Below, one piece after another: positions 45,561-54,051 of a stretch of DNA of 54,059 bases. Location of the stretch: positions 1 to 54,059 of IMG/VR virus record IMGVR_UViG_3300030107_001798, one strand, 5' to 3'. This DNA comes from a virus. Taxonomy: Duplodnaviria > Caudoviricetes. Position 1 is the stretch's first letter. Each line of letters starts with the position of its first letter. A program made the translations under genes and the position numbers. Under the pieces are notes generated by a model. That model had not been told where the DNA came from, ran no database searches, and saw only the letters and a list, made by a program, of their open reading frames with translations.

Positions 45561-47825
45561 TTATTGCTCATTTTCAGCGACATCTTGTTTTGCAGATTGC
45601 ATATCCATTTTCATTTGTTCTTTCATTTTATCAAACTCGACTTTCAACATACCTCTTAGAAGTTTTTGCTGAGCTTCAGTTTGTAAAACATCTTTTCGTA
45701 TTTCATTAGATGCATCACCAACTTTCATTTTAATACCGGCTTGCACTAATTGTCTTTGCAATGTTTCTATAGTTCCATCTTTATCTTTCATAGCCTCTTC
45801 CATAGATTGTACTTGACCCTGTAATTGAGAGTAAACAGATTTTCTTTCAACAATTTGTTTTTTGTTTCTTATATCTGTTTCAGCTATCATAGCTATGTCA
45901 TCAATTAGGCCCGCTTGGAACCATTTAAAATATTCTTCTAATAATGCCCATCTATTTACTGGCATCGTTGCTCCCGCTACAATTCTTACATCAAATCTTG
46001 CACTTGCATAATCTTTATATTTACCAATTACATCTCCATAATCATTATATAATTGAATATTAATTCTTACTTCTTTTTCTTGTTCTTGTGGAGATTGACC
46101 AGCTTCAGGCTGAACAATTCTAAAAACTTTTTCTATTGTATAATGTGATTGAGCCCTCATTTGAAAACATCTACCTAAATGCTCTAAAGCAGGTTCCACA
46201 ACGCTTCCCATCCAAGCTTTTAGTCTTCTAGTTCCAAATTCATCATTTGCAAGTAATCCCCTATATGTTTCAGCTTGGTCTTGAGCAAATCCCATCATTG
46301 CAGATGGAACGCCACTTATATATTCTGCATCTGCTTTACCTTCTTGGACTACGGAATAAAAAGCATTATTAATTGGAGCTGGCATAATAGGAGTTGGAGT
46401 TGCAAATCCTTGTCTGTATTTTAACAACGCACCAGGAGCTGATGAGTATTTTTCCCATTCTTCTTCTGGAACAGCTCCTTCTTCATACATCCACCTAAGA
46501 TTGGAAGCTAGATTTGCATTATGTAACATTATTTGATGAGCTTTATTAATTTCCTGTTGCTTTCCTATCAATGGAGTAACTGCACTCATTGGATACGGAG
46601 TTCCTGTGTACATATAAGGAACTGGAATTATTGGATATTCTTGAATAGGTAATGTATATTCATATAAAAATACATCATCACCAGCGCTACAAGTTTGAAT
46701 AATTCTGTTTTCATAAAACTTTATTGCATCTAATATATTTTTCTTTACTTCTGGGCTTTTTTCTAATATCCTATAATCCTTTTCACTCATTATTTGTTGT
46801 TTAACAACAGTAGCGGCGTCTTGAGCCTCAGACATTAATTGCATTTCTTTTTCTTTAATAGCTTGAGCTGCCATTTCTTGAGATTTTTTAATCTCTAACT
46901 GAGCTCTTTCTGGAATAATATCACCAGCTTGAACAGCTTGTTCAATTTGCATTTGTTTTTCTATTAACCCAACTTCAACTTCTTGTTGAAAATCTGCTAA
47001 TTGTTTTTGAACTTCTTCTTTTATATTGTCTAATTCGGCTGGCGAAGGTTGAACTCTTATATATACATTGTAATAAGCAAATTTCTTTTTATGATAAGTT
47101 TCATAGTATGGGATAATATCTTCATCTTCAGCTTCTAAACTTATTCCCATTGTAATATCGTCAGGTTGTATTGTTTCCCCTAAATCAATATCTCTTTCTG
47201 AGTAAGAAACTATATTATTTGCACTTGCCTTTATTTTTTTAATTTTAGCGGCGTGCTCTGGAATCATATTAATAAGACGACTTCTTGATATATTTTTCCT
47301 AATTGTTATAAAATTAGCATCTCTAAATAAAAAATCTCTACTAGAAGGGTCAACATATACATCATACGGGTCAAGTCTATTAAATCTTACTTCACCAGCT
47401 CCTCTATCTGAATCTTTATCTACATCTACAAGAAAATAACCAATTCCTTTTGTAAGAGCATCTAAAGCAACTTGACTATATAAAGATTTACCATTAGATA
47501 AATACCAACAATAATCTGCAATATCTGAATGAACTTGAGCCGTATCTACATCATCTCCAGTTGCTCCAACTGCTTTCCATTTAGGGTCATTAGCAGTTAC
47601 AAAGTATTTCATTATTTCTATTATAGGAGTAACCCTATTAATAGTAAATGTTGGCATACCCGATTCTTCTAATGCATCTTTTTCTTCTTTGGTTAATTGC
47701 TCGTTAAGGTAAAAATCATATCCCTTTTGAGAAAGAGTTTGCCATCTTTGTCTATGAGAATTATTTGCCCTATCCCATAATTGTTTATTTATTTGGGCTT
47801 TTGTTTTTTTAGTTGTTCTCGCCAT
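45561..47825 (-). CDS. Portal protein (P22-like)
   Basis: DFY..EQ, PTFTINR, VYVDP, QQEINK and ISGV; C-terminal coiled coil; 754 aa. Confidence 0.9.
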   Translation of the reverse strand: MARTTKKTKAQINKQLWDRANNSHRQRWQTLSQKGYDFYLNEQLTKEEKDALEESGMPTFTINRVTPIIEIMKYFVTANDPKWKAVGATGDDVDTAQVHSDIADYCWYLSNGKSLYSQVALDALTKGIGYFLVDVDKDSDRGAGEVRFNRLDPYDVYVDPSSRDFLFRDANFITIRKNISRSRLINMIPEHAAKIKKIKASANNIVSYSERDIDLGETIQPDDITMGISLEAEDEDIIPYYETYHKKKFAYYNVYIRVQPSPAELDNIKEEVQKQLADFQQEVEVGLIEKQMQIEQAVQAGDIIPERAQLEIKKSQEMAAQAIKEKEMQLMSEAQDAATVVKQQIMSEKDYRILEKSPEVKKNILDAIKFYENRIIQTCSAGDDVFLYEYTLPIQEYPIIPVPYMYTGTPYPMSAVTPLIGKQQEINKAHQIMLHNANLASNLRWMYEEGAVPEEEWEKYSSAPGALLKYRQGFATPTPIMPAPINNAFYSVVQEGKADAEYISGVPSAMMGFAQDQAETYRGLLANDEFGTRRLKAWMGSVVEPALEHLGRCFQMRAQSHYTIEKVFRIVQPEAGQSPQEQEKEVRINIQLYNDYGDVIGKYKDYASARFDVRIVAGATMPVNRWALLEEYFKWFQAGLIDDIAMIAETDIRNKKQIVERKSVYSQLQGQVQSMEEAMKDKDGTIETLQRQLVQAGIKMKVGDASNEIRKDVLQTEAQQKLLRGMLKVEFDKMKEQMKMDMQSAKQDVAENEQ

Positions 47826-48089
47826 TTATTTTTTCATTTTTAAAGCAAATGTAGTTTTACAACGTTTTTTTTCTGTATTTGTTTTTGCATTTTTCATGCA
47901 ATTTATTAATGATTCAGATGAGCTTCTTTTGCTTTCTTTTTTTCTTTTTAATTCTCGAGACTTTTGTTCTTTTTTAGAAGATGCATATTCTTTTCGCATT
48001 TTAGGAGTCGTTTTTCCCATTCTTTTTAAAACTTCATAGGTGTCTTCAATCTGACCAACAAAAGGTGGTTTGATTTTTTTCTTTGCCAA
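47826..48089 (-). CDS. Lys-rich hypothetical protein (TTG start)
   Basis: ORF track; AAGGA SD. Confidence 0.55.
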   Translation of the reverse strand: MAKKKIKPPFVGQIEDTYEVLKRMGKTTPKMRKEYASSKKEQKSRELKRKKESKRSSSESLINCMKNAKTNTEKKRCKTTFALKMKK

Positions 48090-48091
48090 AA

Positions 48092-48472
48092 TTAATCCTT
48101 TATTTCTACATGAACTAAGTCATCGAATTTGTTATCATTTATATCCCCATCGGAATCCCAATCTCCACCCCAACGGATATTTACACCCATTGCCTTACCT
48201 AGGCCTCTCAACATTCCACCCATATAATGAAACATTTCTCTATCTTCCCAATCTATCGGGTAAGGAGCGAGGTCAACAGCTTTTCCTTCTATGTGTTTGG
48301 AATACTTGGTTTTCGTTTTCCCTTGCGCTAATAATTCCTGCTGCCGCTCCTTACTCCGTAATCCTTCAATTATTGTAACATCCATTATCTTTATTAGCTC
48401 ATTAAGAACATTAACTAATCTTGCATCAACGCCTTTAAGACGTTCCTTACTTCTTCTTCCAAATTTATACAT
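48092..48472 (-). CDS. Endolysin, peptidase M15 (L-Ala-D-Glu peptidase type)
   Basis: EGLRS.ERQ, SKH..GKAVD, WGGDW and HVE zinc-ligand motifs. Confidence 0.9.
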   Translation of the reverse strand: MYKFGRRSKERLKGVDARLVNVLNELIKIMDVTIIEGLRSKERQQELLAQGKTKTKYSKHIEGKAVDLAPYPIDWEDREMFHYMGGMLRGLGKAMGVNIRWGGDWDSDGDINDNKFDDLVHVEIKD

Positions 48473-48942
48473 TATTTTTTAACCGGCATTGGCCCTACAA
48501 AGTTTTTACTAGGTCTTTTTTTCTCTGTTGGTTTATCTGATTTTTTTGCACAACTGTAAGAACGTCCTTGCCAAGTGAAAGTAGAACCAGCTCCTTTGCC
48601 TGCGCAATTTGATTTAAAAGCCGACCTAAAGGAGCCAGCTGATTTTGATTCTTTTTTATACTTTGGATAGACACCAGCTTTTGTAAGCTTAGAACCTTTA
48701 TCTGCTAGGTCTTTTGCTTTTACTTTGGATTTAACACCCATTGCTTTTTTCTTAGCAGCTACAGTTTTCTTAGCTCCAGACTTACCGCCCTCTTTCATAC
48801 CTTCTACTGTTTTTATTTTACCACCAACTTTTTTAAGCATTTTTCTGCGACGGGCTCTTTCCCTTCCTGCTTTAGTTAGTTTTTCGCCTAGAACCCACTT
48901 GTCCTCAGCCATTCTTTTTTTTCTTCTCTTTAATAAAGCCAT
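48472..48942 (-). CDS. Very Lys-rich protein
   Basis: ORF track; GGAG SD; FRSAF...FTWQGRSYS motif. Confidence 0.7.
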   Translation of the reverse strand: MALLKRRKKRMAEDKWVLGEKLTKAGRERARRRKMLKKVGGKIKTVEGMKEGGKSGAKKTVAAKKKAMGVKSKVKAKDLADKGSKLTKAGVYPKYKKESKSAGSFRSAFKSNCAGKGAGSTFTWQGRSYSCAKKSDKPTEKKRPSKNFVGPMPVKK

Positions 48943-48951
48943 TATTGTCTC

Positions 48952-50520
48952 CTATGCAATTAACCAATTTTTTGCTTTTCTTTTAGGTTTGAACCATCTT
49001 TTCTTTTCTTTATCTTTTTTCATATTTGGTGGAAAAGCGTGTATTTGTGAATAATAAAGGCTCTCAATTGTGTCATCGTGAGCCATTTTCGGGCCGAAAG
49101 TAAGGATTTCGTTGATTAAATCAAACATATTTTTGCGTAAATGCACTGTTCCGGTACTAAAACGAGCAGAAAGTCCACTATAAATGCGATTTCTTTTCTG
49201 TGTTCCACCTGGTTTCTCTGGAATTACTGCAATATCGTACTTATTTAACCTTCTTCTTTCATCATTTAGGGCCTGAAATATACTTCTATTCATTGCAACG
49301 TCCTCAACAGTAGATGATAAACAGTTATATTTCTGGTGCAATTCTAGGATTATATCCACAACTCCTTTCTTTCCAAGTATTTCTCCTGTCTCTGGATTCT
49401 TAGAACCTATGGTTGGAACACTTCTATGTCTTTCATATTCTAATACATATAATTCATTATTAGTATCAATTGCAATTACAGTTATTACTGAAAAATCACT
49501 ATGCTTTGTATCAATATCTGTAGCTGGGTCGCACCCTATAAATGTATTAACAGGTATATCGTTTCCATCTTTTACAATATAATTAACTCCATCTTCGTGT
49601 TTATAGTATCCATCCCAATATCTAATATGCTCTCTTCTCCATATTGCATCTTCTTCACTCATAACCTCCATCATATATTCTTGAAAGAATTTTTGAGGTT
49701 GACCTGAATCTTCGTAAAACTTTTTCTTTTCTTTTATTTTTGAGATTGGAAAAAACGATTCCCATAGAGGAGTAGTTTCATCCAATAAAGCTTTATAAGT
49801 GATAACTTTCCATGAAAATTCTTTTTTATCTTTCTTAGCTTTTGCATGATTGTTAATAAGGTTGTTAATAAAACTATCATAATGCACGGGAGTACCATTG
49901 ACACGGAGACGACCAGTATGAGGCTCAATAGCTGGATAAACAACAGCCGTGACAAGATTTGCATTTTTATCCCTGGCTTCTTTTGTAATCGTATTCGCTT
50001 CATGTTCAAAGTCGTCAAGTACGATAAGGTCATATCGTTTATGGAGCTTAGCTCCTCCTCTAATCCCTGCGACATTGCTTTTAGAAATGAGTTTACATCC
50101 ATTTGAAACCTCTATATCTTCCTCAGTCCATTTTTTTCCTTTTAATGGCCCGAAATAATATTTTATTCTATCGTTAAATTCAAGATGATGCTTGATATAA
50201 TCCATATTACCCACACTTAATTTTTGTGTAGCTGATACCCAAGCATAAAATAAAAAGTTGTCTTTCGATGCAAATACAAAGTCTTTTACTATTGAGGCTT
50301 TAGTAAGAACAGTTTTTCCATGACCTCTAGGGATAATGATTGCAGTTTGTTTTACATTTTTATCATCTATTGCATCTGCAATTTCGTAATGGAAGAAAGG
50401 AGTCTCGCTTCGCATAAAATCATCTGGAAGGAATAGTTTACCAAATGATATAAGGTCTTTATATGCTAATTGTAAAGCTTCTTCAGCTTTGCTTATGTTC
50501 TGGCTGTTTATGTTTGCCAT
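48952..50520 (-). CDS. terL: Terminase large subunit
   Basis: Walker A PRGHGKT; Walker B LIVLDDFE; GTP coupling motif; FFQEY; nuclease GCDPA...HDD. Confidence 0.95.
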   Translation of the reverse strand: MANINSQNISKAEEALQLAYKDLISFGKLFLPDDFMRSETPFFHYEIADAIDDKNVKQTAIIIPRGHGKTVLTKASIVKDFVFASKDNFLFYAWVSATQKLSVGNMDYIKHHLEFNDRIKYYFGPLKGKKWTEEDIEVSNGCKLISKSNVAGIRGGAKLHKRYDLIVLDDFEHEANTITKEARDKNANLVTAVVYPAIEPHTGRLRVNGTPVHYDSFINNLINNHAKAKKDKKEFSWKVITYKALLDETTPLWESFFPISKIKEKKKFYEDSGQPQKFFQEYMMEVMSEEDAIWRREHIRYWDGYYKHEDGVNYIVKDGNDIPVNTFIGCDPATDIDTKHSDFSVITVIAIDTNNELYVLEYERHRSVPTIGSKNPETGEILGKKGVVDIILELHQKYNCLSSTVEDVAMNRSIFQALNDERRRLNKYDIAVIPEKPGGTQKRNRIYSGLSARFSTGTVHLRKNMFDLINEILTFGPKMAHDDTIESLYYSQIHAFPPNMKKDKEKKRWFKPKRKAKNWLIA

Positions 50521-50698
50521 CTAAAAACTCTTTGAATTTATCTACATTTTCTTGCATTTCAATATAGTCATTAAATACAACTTCAAATCTTCTCAATCTT
50601 TCAGATATAAAATACACAGCTTTTTCAATATCTTCTATTTTTCTTCTTAAGTCATGCTTCGTTAATGATTTTCTTTGCTTCACTATAACTCTCTCCAT
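50483..50698 (-). CDS. Hypothetical protein (start may be GTG at 50683)
   Basis: ORF track; GGAG SD before the GTG. Confidence 0.6.
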   Translation of the reverse strand: MERVIVKQRKSLTKHDLRRKIEDIEKAVYFISERLRRFEVVFNDYIEMQENVDKFKEFLDGKHKQPEHKQS

Positions 50699-50804
50699 TT
50701 ATACATTTTAAAAATCTTTTGACAATCCTACTGTCTTTCCCTTGATTTCTATTTAGCAATAAAATTACTTGGCTTCTAATTATTGATTCTTGCTTTTCAC
50801 TCAT
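50652..50804 (-). CDS. Small hypothetical protein (50 aa)
   Basis: Hand-translated MSEKQESIIRSQVILLLNRNQGKDSRIVKRFLKC...; fills the gap. Confidence 0.45.
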   Translation of the reverse strand: MSEKQESIIRSQVILLLNRNQGKDSRIVKRFLKCINGESYSEAKKIINEA

Positions 50805-50958
50805 TACTATCTTTTAATACCCAATTCATCATAATGCAATATCTTTTTGCATCGACTTTATCTTTTGCCCAAAATTTGTACCCATCAACAGCTTCAAATC
50901 TTTTATAGTTGTGTTTAATATGATATGCTTGTTTTTTTCTTTTAACATTCTTCGTCAT
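50797..50958 (-). CDS. Small basic protein (likely start MTKNVK)
   Basis: In frame with ORF 50797..51021; AAGG SD. Confidence 0.55.
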   Translation of the reverse strand: MTKNVKRKKQAYHIKHNYKRFEAVDGYKFWAKDKVDAKRYCIMMNWVLKDSNE

Positions 50959-51352
50959 TTTGAATACCTTTTCTTTTAAAGGCTTTTTTCTTTCCACCAT
51001 GATATTCATACGCATGTCCATTTATTTTTAACAAATCATTCAAACTAAAAGCTTCATCCTTAATAAATATTTCACCAAGAACTCTTCCGTATTTACCAGT
51101 GCCATAAGATTTTAATGTAAAATTACCATTATCTGATATTTCTAACATTTCTTTAGTATAGGCTTTTGCTTCTAATCCCTTTTTCTTTTCTTCTTTGTCT
51201 TTGGTTCTAGATTCCCAAGTATCCACACCAACAAATCTAATTCTTTTTTTTACAAAAGTATCAAACCCTAAATCTATTAGAGCATCGCAAGTATCACCAT
51301 CGACAACTCTTACTAATTTAGCATTATATATAAATTTATCAAGTTTTTTCAT
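50942..51352 (-). CDS. Staphylococcal nuclease (thermonuclease)-like protein
   Basis: RVVDGDT, RIRFVGVDTWE, GKYGRVLG and GHA motifs. Confidence 0.9.
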   Translation of the reverse strand: MKKLDKFIYNAKLVRVVDGDTCDALIDLGFDTFVKKRIRFVGVDTWESRTKDKEEKKKGLEAKAYTKEMLEISDNGNFTLKSYGTGKYGRVLGEIFIKDEAFSLNDLLKINGHAYEYHGGKKKAFKRKGIQNDEEC

Positions 51353-52415
51353 TCTTTAATTTAGCATAATCTTTTCTAAGATATGTTAAATATTCAGCTC
51401 CCTTTTCTGGGTTGAATATTGTAGTGATTAATCTACTATCATCATCATCGTATCTAGGGTCAATAATAGTAACTGGGCAATTGAATATATTTTTATCATC
51501 TAATCCAAGTTTATCTGCGTAACTATCCATTATTTTAAAAGAAGCTACTTGCAATGCATGAGATATAAGGCCATTAGCTGGATTTTTTATTACTTGGTAA
51601 CCAGATACATGAGTATGCCCACAAGTAAGAATGTTATCAGCCCATCCAGTTTGAGCTGCTCTTGCAACTCCATGAGCTGTATTCCATATACTATTTCCTT
51701 TAAAAGTATGTCTTGCATTTATAGTAATTGTTTTTCCATTTGGAAATACTAATTGCATCCGAGCTCCCCACTTTTCATATAATCCTTTATGGTCTCGCAT
51801 AATAAAATCAAGAGGGTCTCCATCTCCAGACCATACATCATGATTTCCAGCTACTAAATACAACCAGTTTAATTTATTCACAAAATATTCAGTAAGTCTC
51901 CAAGACTCTTTTGCAGATGTTGATTGTTGTCCGTATAAATAAGATAGTCTTCCTATCCAATTGTTTTGAATATCACCAAGATTACCAGCAAACATTCCTT
52001 TTGTTTTATTAATAATTGACATATAATGAAGAATTTGAGATATATCTGTTCCATCATCATCAACATGAGGGTCTCCAAAGTGAGCAATTCCAATAGGCCC
52101 GTCAACTTTTATTTCTATCTTTACAAGTTTTTTACTTTTTTTAGATATTGCTTTTTGTTTGTATTGTTTTTGTCTATGCTCTATTAATTCTTCTATTGGT
52201 ATATGGTCTGGGTCAATATTTTGTACTTTAAACTCACTTTCTTCTAGTATTGTAGGTCTTACAGTTTTTCTTCCACAGGCTTTACAAATCCATTGTTGTT
52301 TTTTAGTATTTGCCCTATATAAAAATCCAGATTTATGAACCGACCTTGAGCCGCAATGTGGACAACCTATTACATTCCCATCGGCATCTTTTCGGATGTC
52401 GTCTCCTATACTCAT
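51339..52415 (-). CDS. Calcineurin-like metallophosphoesterase with an N-terminal zinc ribbon
   Basis: CPHC...CKAC; GDPH, GD, GNHD, RH and GHTH motifs. Confidence 0.85.
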   Translation of the reverse strand: MSIGDDIRKDADGNVIGCPHCGSRSVHKSGFLYRANTKKQQWICKACGRKTVRPTILEESEFKVQNIDPDHIPIEELIEHRQKQYKQKAISKKSKKLVKIEIKVDGPIGIAHFGDPHVDDDGTDISQILHYMSIINKTKGMFAGNLGDIQNNWIGRLSYLYGQQSTSAKESWRLTEYFVNKLNWLYLVAGNHDVWSGDGDPLDFIMRDHKGLYEKWGARMQLVFPNGKTITINARHTFKGNSIWNTAHGVARAAQTGWADNILTCGHTHVSGYQVIKNPANGLISHALQVASFKIMDSYADKLGLDDKNIFNCPVTIIDPRYDDDDSRLITTIFNPEKGAEYLTYLRKDYAKLKNEKT

Positions 52416-52431
52416 TTTATACCCCCTTTAT

Positions 52432-53217
52432 TTATTCCTCGGATTTAATTTCTTTATTGCTTTCTGGTAATTCTCTTGATGCACCTTCTAATTGTTCTGG
52501 TGAGAACCCTTGAAATACTCCTAATAAACCCATTTCTTTTTGCTTAATTGTATTTCCAGATGTTCCCACAATTTTACCTAATTCTTTTGTTGATTGTAAA
52601 ATAATGTTATCATCCTCACTAAAATCTGCAAGATTTTTCAATTTACTTAGGATATACTCATGGTCTATACCTAGACCTTTCGCCACATCAAGTACTGATT
52701 TCTCTATTTCTTTCATTACTCTTTCCTGTTTTAATAGTATGGTTGCTTTTTTTCTTGCTTTTTGGTCTGACATTTCTGAGTATGCTCTTTTATACGCATC
52801 TACGGCTCCCATACCCGTTACTACATTTACTGCAAATTCTTTTTCTTTATTTGTAGCTTTCTTTCTTTTATGAACTCTATCAGAAGTATTCTTTATGTTA
52901 GTGGAGAATGTATATCTGTTGGGATGATTATCAAAGTCCGTATCCATTTTAACATTTTCTCTATTTAAGAAGCTACCCACAACAGTCCTTACCCATCCTT
53001 TTGCAAATTTATAATTTTTCCTATCAGAGTGATGACTTACGTCTTTTGATACTTTTAATAATTGTACTATTCTATCATCGTCAGAATATACCCAGTCTTT
53101 TTCATCCGCTTTTCTCCAATCTGGATGAACTACTGTATTAGGATGGTCTTTTTGAAACTCATCTAAGTCTTCATAGACGTAATGAGAAACTCCTTTTATG
53201 AGTCTTTTTTCAGCCAA
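52432..53217 (-). CDS. terS: Terminase small subunit with an N-terminal extension
   Basis: TNKEKEFA...G..AVDAYKRAY...KKATILL HTH pattern; start of the late arm. Confidence 0.7.
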   Translation of the reverse strand: MAEKRLIKGVSHYVYEDLDEFQKDHPNTVVHPDWRKADEKDWVYSDDDRIVQLLKVSKDVSHHSDRKNYKFAKGWVRTVVGSFLNRENVKMDTDFDNHPNRYTFSTNIKNTSDRVHKRKKATNKEKEFAVNVVTGMGAVDAYKRAYSEMSDQKARKKATILLKQERVMKEIEKSVLDVAKGLGIDHEYILSKLKNLADFSEDDNIILQSTKELGKIVGTSGNTIKQKEMGLLGVFQGFSPEQLEGASRELPESNKEIKSEE

Positions 53218-53420
53218 ACTCTCTTCTCTTTTTTTAATTCTCTAATTTGCATTACTAGATTATCAATTAATTCGGAAACATTTTTATGCACCATAAATAT
53301 ATTACCATCTATTTCTAAAGGTAACATTTTGTCTGACAAATTTTGCAATACATCCTCTTGGGCTTTTTGAGGGAGGTCAGATAATTCTTCTATAAAGTCG
53401 GCCATATTTTTCTTATACAT
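53196..53420 (-). CDS. Small hypothetical protein, first late gene
   Basis: ORF track. Confidence 0.65.
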   Translation of the reverse strand: MYKKNMADFIEELSDLPQKAQEDVLQNLSDKMLPLEIDGNIFMVHKNVSELIDNLVMQIRELKKEKRVWLKKDS

Positions 53421-53448
53421 TTATTTTTCCCTGCCCTACCACCCTATA

Positions 53449-53476
53449 AATTTAAGGTCATAGTCAATTAAAACAA
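53449..53476 (-). promoter_or_regulatory. Putative late-arm promoter
   Basis: Minus strand TTGTTT-N16-TAAATT upstream of the first late gene. Confidence 0.4.
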
Positions 53477-53588
53477 AGTCATTTTGCCCAAGTTATTTAG
53501 AAAAAAAATTGTAGGATTTTGATGCTTAACCTTTTTACCCCATATACCCCCTATAAGGGGGATTTCGCAAAGCGATTTTACGTTATAA

Positions 53589-53617
53589 TTCATTTTATAA
53601 ATATTATATGATATAAT
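53589..53617 (+). promoter_or_regulatory. Sigma70-type promoter with extended -10
   Basis: TTCATT-N17-TATAAT with TG at 53609-53610. Confidence 0.6.
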
Positions 53618-53640
53618 TAATAACTAATAAGGAGTCAAAT

Positions 53641-53895
53641 ATGACATGGGAAGAGCTGAAAGCACGGGCTAATAAAGTCATCGTTAAGCTACTTGATGAC
53701 CATGAGAGAGCGCCAGTTAGAGGTTCATACAATAGATTGCTTGGGAAGTATACCACTGACCAAAGAACTGTTGTTAAGGCTGCTACTAATCAGATTAAGC
53801 TTATTAACCAAATAGGTCAAATGCTTTATCAGAAAGATGTAGTATCATTCGATGATGAAGAGCCTAAGCTACCTAAGATGACCATTAACGATTAA
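53641..53895 (+). CDS. First early-arm gene, hypothetical
   Basis: ORF track; AAGGAG SD; own promoter and terminator. Confidence 0.75.
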   Translation: MTWEELKARANKVIVKLLDDHERAPVRGSYNRLLGKYTTDQRTVVKAATNQIKLINQIGQMLYQKDVVSFDDEEPKLPKMTIND

Positions 53896-53916
53896 GGGGT
53901 TTCATTACCCCTTTTT
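53894..53916 (+). terminator. Intrinsic terminator
   Basis: AAGGGGT-TTCATT-ACCCCTT followed by a T-run. Confidence 0.75.
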
Positions 53917-53994
53917 CAACCACTTGTTTGTACTGTTTGTGCGAATAAGAGCCTAAGTTGGTGCAATATGAGCAAGAGCATCCACCGAAGTCAC

Positions 53995-54051
53995 ACTCTA
54001 TGCATTGGGATATTATCTTCCATATTTGCATTAACTTGGGCATTAACTGTG
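53995..54051. repeat. Terminal direct repeat, copy 2
   Basis: Identical to 1-57, followed by 8 non-matching bases. Confidence 0.9.

Noticed and set aside
52260-52415. IS1-like transposase suggested by the CPHC...CKAC zinc ribbon
   Set aside because: The ribbon is fused to a metallophosphoesterase; no DDE domain or terminal inverted repeats seen
13722-53370. Short + strand ORFs, and nested - strand ORFs 13722..13949 and 49734..50102, within the late arm
   Set aside because: They overlap long, well-supported genes and read as antisense or off-frame shadows
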